Positions 37,883-42,605 of a stretch of DNA of 42,605 bases are shown here, in pieces. This DNA is from Candidatus Thorarchaeota archaeon (GTDB taxonomy: Archaea; Asgardarchaeota; Thorarchaeia; Thorarchaeales; Thorarchaeaceae). The translations under genes and the position numbers were made by a program. Every line of letters begins with the position of its first letter. Position 1 is the first letter of the stretch. The notes below the pieces were generated by a model. That model saw nothing but the letters and a program-made list of their open reading frames with translations. It was not told the DNA's origin and searched no databases. The DNA lies in assembly GCA_011364905.1 (NCBI GenBank), contig RDNZ01000025.1, positions 1 through 42,605 of the forward strand. Direction: 5' to 3'.

Positions 37883-38623
37883 ATGAAAGAAGCCAAGAAA
37901 ATCTTCAAGACTGCTCTGGAGGAGGGACGAACCTTCGTCCTTGAGAATGAGGCAAAGGACATTATGGAAGGATATGGAATTCCGATACCTCCCTATGCAA
38001 CTGCAACAACTGCAGATGAGGCTGTTGAGAAATCGAAAAGTATAGGTTTCCCAGTTGTGCTCAAGATTCTCTCAAAGGACATTCTTCACAAGTCGGATGC
38101 GGGAGGCGTCAAGGTCAACCTCAAAGACGAAGATGCTGTAAGAAGAGCCTTTGATGAGATTATGAAGAATGTAAAGAGCTTCGGGAAGGAAAAGGGAATA
38201 GATGTCGATCTGAGCCGTGGCGTGTTCGTTTCCGCTTTTGCAGACATGGGAATCGAGATGATCGTAGGAGTAACGAAGGACCCTCAGTTTGGCCACGCGC
38301 TCATGGTAGGACTCGGTGGTATATTTGTTGAAGTTCTCAAGGATGTATCATTCAGACTGATCCCATTCACAGAGAGTGATGCTAGGGAGATGTTGGGTGA
38401 ACTCAAAGCATACAAAATCCTTGAGGGAGTACGAGGAGAGGGGCCACGTGATGTGGATGCTCTAATCAAAATCATGTTAGCCATTTCCAAAATGGTTGAT
38501 GAGAATCCAGAGATCATCGAACTTGACTGCAATCCTGCTTTTGTTTATGCAAAGGGGAAGGGAGCTGTTGTTGTTGATGCCAGGATTTTGATTGATGGAT
38601 CTGGTAAGCCTGCTAGCCATTAA
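37883..38623 (+). CDS. acdB: ADP-forming acyl-CoA synthetase, beta subunit (ATP-grasp)
   Basis: GFPVVLK, HKSDAGGV, DPQFG, GLGGIFVEVLKD, ELDCNP, VDAR. Confidence 0.93.
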   Translation: MKEAKKIFKTALEEGRTFVLENEAKDIMEGYGIPIPPYATATTADEAVEKSKSIGFPVVLKILSKDILHKSDAGGVKVNLKDEDAVRRAFDEIMKNVKSFGKEKGIDVDLSRGVFVSAFADMGIEMIVGVTKDPQFGHALMVGLGGIFVEVLKDVSFRLIPFTESDAREMLGELKAYKILEGVRGEGPRDVDALIKIMLAISKMVDENPEIIELDCNPAFVYAKGKGAVVVDARILIDGSGKPASH

Positions 38624-39809
38624 TCAAATCATTAAGAAGAATTAGACCTCTCTTGAGATCAATGTCCTCAAGTGGAGTTTCTGATGAGTTCTTCGTGGAG
38701 GTTGCTAGTAGTAACAAGAGGGCAATTAATCGGGGCACCAGACGAGCATACTGGAGCAGAAAATCCTTGTTTCCGGTTGAGTCCACAATCAATCCTTCGA
38801 AACGCCTGGTCAAGAGCTGGATTCTCTCCTCAACATCGGAGTTCAACTTTAGCTTCTGAAAGAGTTCCATCGCTCCGGACTCGCTCTGAAGGAATTTGGG
38901 TGATACACCAATCTGCTCAAACATCTGCAAGGACTCAACTATGGTCTGGTCATAATGGTCATCCTCAAGTCGTTCAATCCCTTGTCTTACTGCCTGCAGC
39001 TGACCCAGAAAGCGAAGAGAGTTTGTCAATATAGTCCGCGAGGCTCCGGAAGTGGCTGCAGCCATCTCCGCGAGATGCTCTCCATGAGTCTTCTCAAGCT
39101 TGGCGGCAAGAGAGGAGTTCAGTTTTCTTTCAAAGCCTGGAGAGAATCCAACATTGGCTGTTTTAGGTAAGACTGAGTTTGATCCAAGACTTCTAATCAC
39201 TGTGAGGGCTCTGAAGTCTTCACGTGGAACATGGAATACGAGTATTCTAAGTACGTCATAGGCTGATTCAAAGTCAGACTCCGCTATTACATTGCGGCCT
39301 TGTCCTTTACAGGCAAAAGCACAAAGAATCGACCAAGAGGAAACAAATGATTCGCGAAGGTCAGCCCTTAGAGTTTCATCTGCCAATTCGTGTTCCTCTA
39401 GGAATCTGGTCAACTTTTCTGCGGCACCTGAGATTCTCGAAAGCGTGTTGGTACCAAATTGAAGGTCCGTAATTGATTTGATGAATCCCCGGGGCTCTCT
39501 AGAGGGCGGACGTAGAATCAAGCCAGGATCATTTCGTGTCATTGACCACCATTTTGAAGTCGAAGTCACATAGTCAAGCACATCTATCGCTTCAGTAACA
39601 TCTGCAAGAGTTGCTCTGTTCCGGGAATCGAGATATGCCACGAGTTTCGTGAAGAGGCTGAGAAAACGTGTCAGGTGGAGAGAGACCTTAGAACCCAGAA
39701 ACTGAAAATCCGTAAATCGCGTGGCTACACTATCGAGTTGGTCACGTAGATTATACTCTAGGTTTGTCCCGAGCAAACCCCGATAGACATCAACCGGATT
39801 CCTCGCCAA
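38613..39809 (-). CDS. Hypothetical all-helical protein with about 4 AAA+-lid-like repeats
   Basis: Repeated long helix, short loop, then 'D...A...L' unit (ATLADVTEAIDVL, VIAESDFESAYDVL, RLEDDHYDQTIV, PLEDIDLKRGLILL); no P-loop. Confidence 0.7.
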   Translation of the reverse strand: MARNPVDVYRGLLGTNLEYNLRDQLDSVATRFTDFQFLGSKVSLHLTRFLSLFTKLVAYLDSRNRATLADVTEAIDVLDYVTSTSKWWSMTRNDPGLILRPPSREPRGFIKSITDLQFGTNTLSRISGAAEKLTRFLEEHELADETLRADLRESFVSSWSILCAFACKGQGRNVIAESDFESAYDVLRILVFHVPREDFRALTVIRSLGSNSVLPKTANVGFSPGFERKLNSSLAAKLEKTHGEHLAEMAAATSGASRTILTNSLRFLGQLQAVRQGIERLEDDHYDQTIVESLQMFEQIGVSPKFLQSESGAMELFQKLKLNSDVEERIQLLTRRFEGLIVDSTGNKDFLLQYARLVPRLIALLLLLATSTKNSSETPLEDIDLKRGLILLNDLING

Positions 39810-39871
39810 GGCCCTATTATCTCCTGTTATGTCACATCAGAAACACTTGGCATATAAAAGCTGACAAGACG

Positions 39872-40648
39872 CTACGTACCATATCTTCTAGACCGGTCTC
39901 CGTAGGAGCGCAAAGCGCGCCATATGTCGATTCGTCGAACAGCAGGCCAATAAATCTGTGCAAAGTAGAGTTCCGAATAGGCAGATTGCCACAGTAGGAA
40001 GCCTGAGAGACGCTCCTCACCGGACGTGCGTATTATGAGGTCTGGATCAGGAACGCCATTAGTGTAAAGGTGGCTCTCTATGATGTCTTCTGTAATATCG
40101 CTTGGTTCTATTTCTCCAGACTCTATTTTTTCTCCAATGGCCTTTACTGCATCGACAAGTTCAGCCCGTCCAGAGTAGCCAATTGCAACGTTAAGGATGT
40201 GATCACTATAGTCCTTTGTTTCCTCCTCAGCCTGATGGATCGCCATCTGGACCCTTTCAGGCAGGAGGTCGACTCTTCCAATGGCTTGGATCCGGACCCG
40301 ATGTCGATGCACATCTGGATTGCCAACCACCTCACTAAACTTCTCCTCTGCAAGAGCCATTATCTCTTCGACTTCACTCTTGCTTCTCTGGAAGTTCTCG
40401 ATTGAAAAGGCATACAACGTACAGACTTTGACATTGGCCTCCCAGAGAATACGGAGGACCTCCATCACCTTTGCTGCACCTCGATGGTGTCCAAACCAGG
40501 GTACCTCAAGTCCATGCTTTCGTGCGTATCTGCGATTTCCATCCAGAATGATTCCAACATGCCGTGGAGCCCTATCCTTGTCTAGCTGTCTGAACAGATA
40601 ATATTCGTACAGTCTGTACACAGGACCGGATAGGTTCAATTCTGACAC
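39872..40648 (-). CDS. uppS: cis-prenyltransferase (polyprenyl diphosphate synthase)
   Basis: HVGIILDGNRR, YAFSIENF, YSGR, PDLIIRTSGEERLSGFLLWQ, C-terminal RRYG. Confidence 0.95.
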   Translation of the reverse strand: MSELNLSGPVYRLYEYYLFRQLDKDRAPRHVGIILDGNRRYARKHGLEVPWFGHHRGAAKVMEVLRILWEANVKVCTLYAFSIENFQRSKSEVEEIMALAEEKFSEVVGNPDVHRHRVRIQAIGRVDLLPERVQMAIHQAEEETKDYSDHILNVAIGYSGRAELVDAVKAIGEKIESGEIEPSDITEDIIESHLYTNGVPDPDLIIRTSGEERLSGFLLWQSAYSELYFAQIYWPAVRRIDIWRALRSYGDRSRRYGT

Positions 40649-40711
40649 ACTCTGATTAAGCCGATAGCGGATTCTACGCTTAATAGAGTTGATGTTATGC
40701 CGATGGTTGTA

Positions 40712-41083
40712 CTAAATCATTGCAGCAACTTTTTCGGCTGCACGCTTCATATCCAGGAAAATCAGACCAAGTTTTGCGTTTGCCGTTGTTGACACTGTGA
40801 GACAGGCATTCATTCCAGCTTGAACAACCAACAGCCAACCATCCACACCCTTAATGTTGACCTGTTCCAGGCTTCCCTTGCCAAGTTCTATAGCTGCTTT
40901 TTCACCAAGAGTTAACATGGCAGCTGTCATGGCCGCGACTTTTGCCTCGTCTACATCTGTTGGGAGAGCTGACACAATTGGCAATCCTTCCACACTGACG
41001 ATGGCGCAGGCCTCTATCTCAGGTATACTCCCCTGCAGTTCGTTCAGAACGCCTTCGAGTGTATTTTCGCGGGATTCTCCCAT
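40712..41083 (-). CDS. Roadblock/LC7 domain protein (MglB-like)
   Basis: IEACAIVSVEGLPI, VAAMTAAML.LG, LEQV.IKG, AKLGLIFLDMKR. Confidence 0.92.
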   Translation of the reverse strand: MGESRENTLEGVLNELQGSIPEIEACAIVSVEGLPIVSALPTDVDEAKVAAMTAAMLTLGEKAAIELGKGSLEQVNIKGVDGWLLVVQAGMNACLTVSTTANAKLGLIFLDMKRAAEKVAAMI

Positions 41084-41096
41084 TTGGTTTCACCTG

Positions 41097-41669
41097 TCAT
41101 TTGTACATTCTTTTGAGAATAACTTCTCTTGCTATAGCTTGAAATGCCCTCTTAACTCCTACGCCTTGTACAGCAATGGTTTCATAGATAGGCACATTTC
41201 CTCCGAGACCTAGCAGGTCAAGCATTTCATCTCGTGACATCCTGTTTGGCAGGTCTCGTTTGTTCAGCATGACCACTATTGGAACCTCACGACCAAGAGA
41301 GTCACCCAGGAACAACTTCAGCTCCTCAAAGCTCTCTGTGTTCTCATCACGTTGATCTGGTGACGAGTCAGCAACAAATAGAATCCCATCAGTGCCCTGC
41401 AGCACCACTTTCCTCTGGTGTCTATGTCTCTTCTGTCCAGCTACTGTGAAGACGTCAAAAAGAACTCGGCCGCCAGCACTCATCGGGACGTAGTCAAAGA
41501 ACAATGTACGATTAGTTTCATCCTCAATCGCAGTGAACTCGCCTTTCTGTAGCCCTTCTACCTTGCCGTAGAGCCAACGGAGTGCTGTTGTCTTGCCTCC
41601 TAGGGACGGGCCGTAGAATACCAGTTTGAGATGAATTCGTCCCTTGTCGTCTTTTCGAATTGTAAACAC
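41097..41669 (-). CDS. MglA-like small GTPase
   Basis: KLVFYGPSLGGKTT, RTLFFDY, TVAGQ, GILFVADS, NKRD, G.GV...F. Confidence 0.92.
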   Translation of the reverse strand: MFTIRKDDKGRIHLKLVFYGPSLGGKTTALRWLYGKVEGLQKGEFTAIEDETNRTLFFDYVPMSAGGRVLFDVFTVAGQKRHRHQRKVVLQGTDGILFVADSSPDQRDENTESFEELKLFLGDSLGREVPIVVMLNKRDLPNRMSRDEMLDLLGLGGNVPIYETIAVQGVGVKRAFQAIAREVILKRMYK

Positions 41670-41926
41670 CTCATTGTGTCACTGCAGAGGTCCCTGTATC
41701 GGGATTGTGGTTGAGTAAAAGTTCAGTCAAATAAAAGCCTTTGTGGCATAATACGGACTCCAAGAAGGCGTTTCTACTTGACTGAACAACTTCACTCCAA
41801 TATGCACTGAGAATTAGGCTCTAAACAAGGATACAATTGTGTGTGTTATGTCCGAACTATTGGGCATCACGAATGTGCAAATCATTATCAGTCCATATGA
41901 ATAAGTGATACTCAGAGTGATAGGAT

Positions 41927-42265
41927 TTGGCAGAGACTGAACGAGAAAATCATTCCTGCCCATCATGCAGAAAAGAGATGGAGAGAGGGTATCTTATCAG
42001 TCATAGGGGTGTGTACTGGAGTGATCATGTCCCAAGATTATTTGTATCAAAGGCCTCTCTCTTAAATCCCAATACAACAGAGATGCTCAAGATGGCCTAC
42101 GTGCCCTCATTCAGATGTCGATCCTGTAAGCTCATTCAGTATGGAGAACCCAAAGATATTCTGCTACTTGACTGTCCTCATTGTGGTGCTAGATACGAAT
42201 ATGAAATAGATAAAGACTCAAGTCAAATTATTTGTCAGAACTGCAACAAACCATTCAATAGATGA
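41927..42265 (+). CDS. Double zinc-ribbon protein (DUF6487-like N-terminal part)
   Basis: CPSCRKEMERGYL...CRSC, then CPHC...CQNC. Confidence 0.75.
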   Translation: MAETERENHSCPSCRKEMERGYLISHRGVYWSDHVPRLFVSKASLLNPNTTEMLKMAYVPSFRCRSCKLIQYGEPKDILLLDCPHCGARYEYEIDKDSSQIICQNCNKPFNR

Positions 42266-42337
42266 AAAGAACCTGACTCACTCTAGTCTTTCTCACTCAA
42301 GCACTAGTACGTCCTAAAATGCAATTCTAACAGACCT

Positions 42338-42604
42338 CTAATTGAACGCTCTTAGTGTTTCTTTCATCCTTTCGAGAGTCGCTATTGCCATGCTAGAACC
42401 ATTCTTCCAATCCCAAGAACCAAGCCCGCATTCAGGTCCAGCGAAAGGAACTCGCTCAGCACCATAAAGTTCGATATTGGTCCGTAGATACTTCTCCATT
42501 TCTTTGGCGGGTTGCAAGTATTTCATATGAGTTCCAGAAACGATCTCTTGCCAAGCAGTCTTTATGTCGGTACTCTGGTCTATGGTGGGCCCATCAGTTC
42601 TAAC
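42338..42604 (-). CDS. C-terminal part of a cobalamin-independent methionine synthase / UROD-MetE-like protein (starts outside the window)
   Basis: Frame is open to the window edge; FAGPECGLGSW resembles the MetE PDCG zinc-ligand motif. Confidence 0.6.
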   Translation of the reverse strand, partial: VRTDGPTIDQSTDIKTAWQEIVSGTHMKYLQPAKEMEKYLRTNIELYGAERVPFAGPECGLGSWDWKNGSSMAIATLERMKETLRAFN

Positions 42605-42605
42605 A

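Noticed and set aside
172-41213. Numerous 60-155 aa ORFs antisense to or out of frame with recognisable genes (e.g. 172..408, 1312..1725, 3118..3585, 14153..14539, 15589..16029)
   Set aside because: They overlap well-supported genes almost completely and show no motifs of their own.
41886-41898. TATCAGTCCATAT resembling the left-arm motif at 28821
   Set aside because: Short match with no spacer or second arm; compatible with chance.

Overview
Gene-dense archaeal chromosome segment, most consistent with an Asgard archaeon, probably Thorarchaeia. This is inferred from the MglA/roadblock pair, eL33/uL16, Hef, A/V-ATPase subunits and the style of the secreted membrane proteins; no database search was run. 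Two housekeeping blocks flank an accessory region of about 14 kb. The left block (1-18.6 kb) holds aor (partial), deoC, a PRC-barrel gene, hef, two wHTH regulators, glmU, a radical SAM gene, split atpF/A/B, udg, pyrI, srp54, a truncated trmY, a DRG GTPase, trmJ and rpl10e. The right block (32.3-42.6 kb) holds dhs, rpl35ae, lipS1, acdAB, uppS and mglAB. The accessory region (about 18.6-32.3 kb) holds an AT-rich bacterial-type DHFR-family gene, an ArsS/TIGR04282/TIGR04283 arsenosugar-type cluster containing a frameshifted membrane gene, an MFS transporter and several surface proteins. Its intergenic spacers carry two families of co-oriented repeats, one of them resembling a tyrosine-recombinase (dif-like) site. 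Non-coding highlights are a dual-guide box C/D sRNA after rpl35ae, whose D guide predicts methylation at the A1913-equivalent of LSU helix 69 (the site guided by yeast snR63/human SNORD46), and a candidate two-hairpin RNA upstream of dhs. No tRNA, rRNA, CRISPR array, integrase or transposase was seen.
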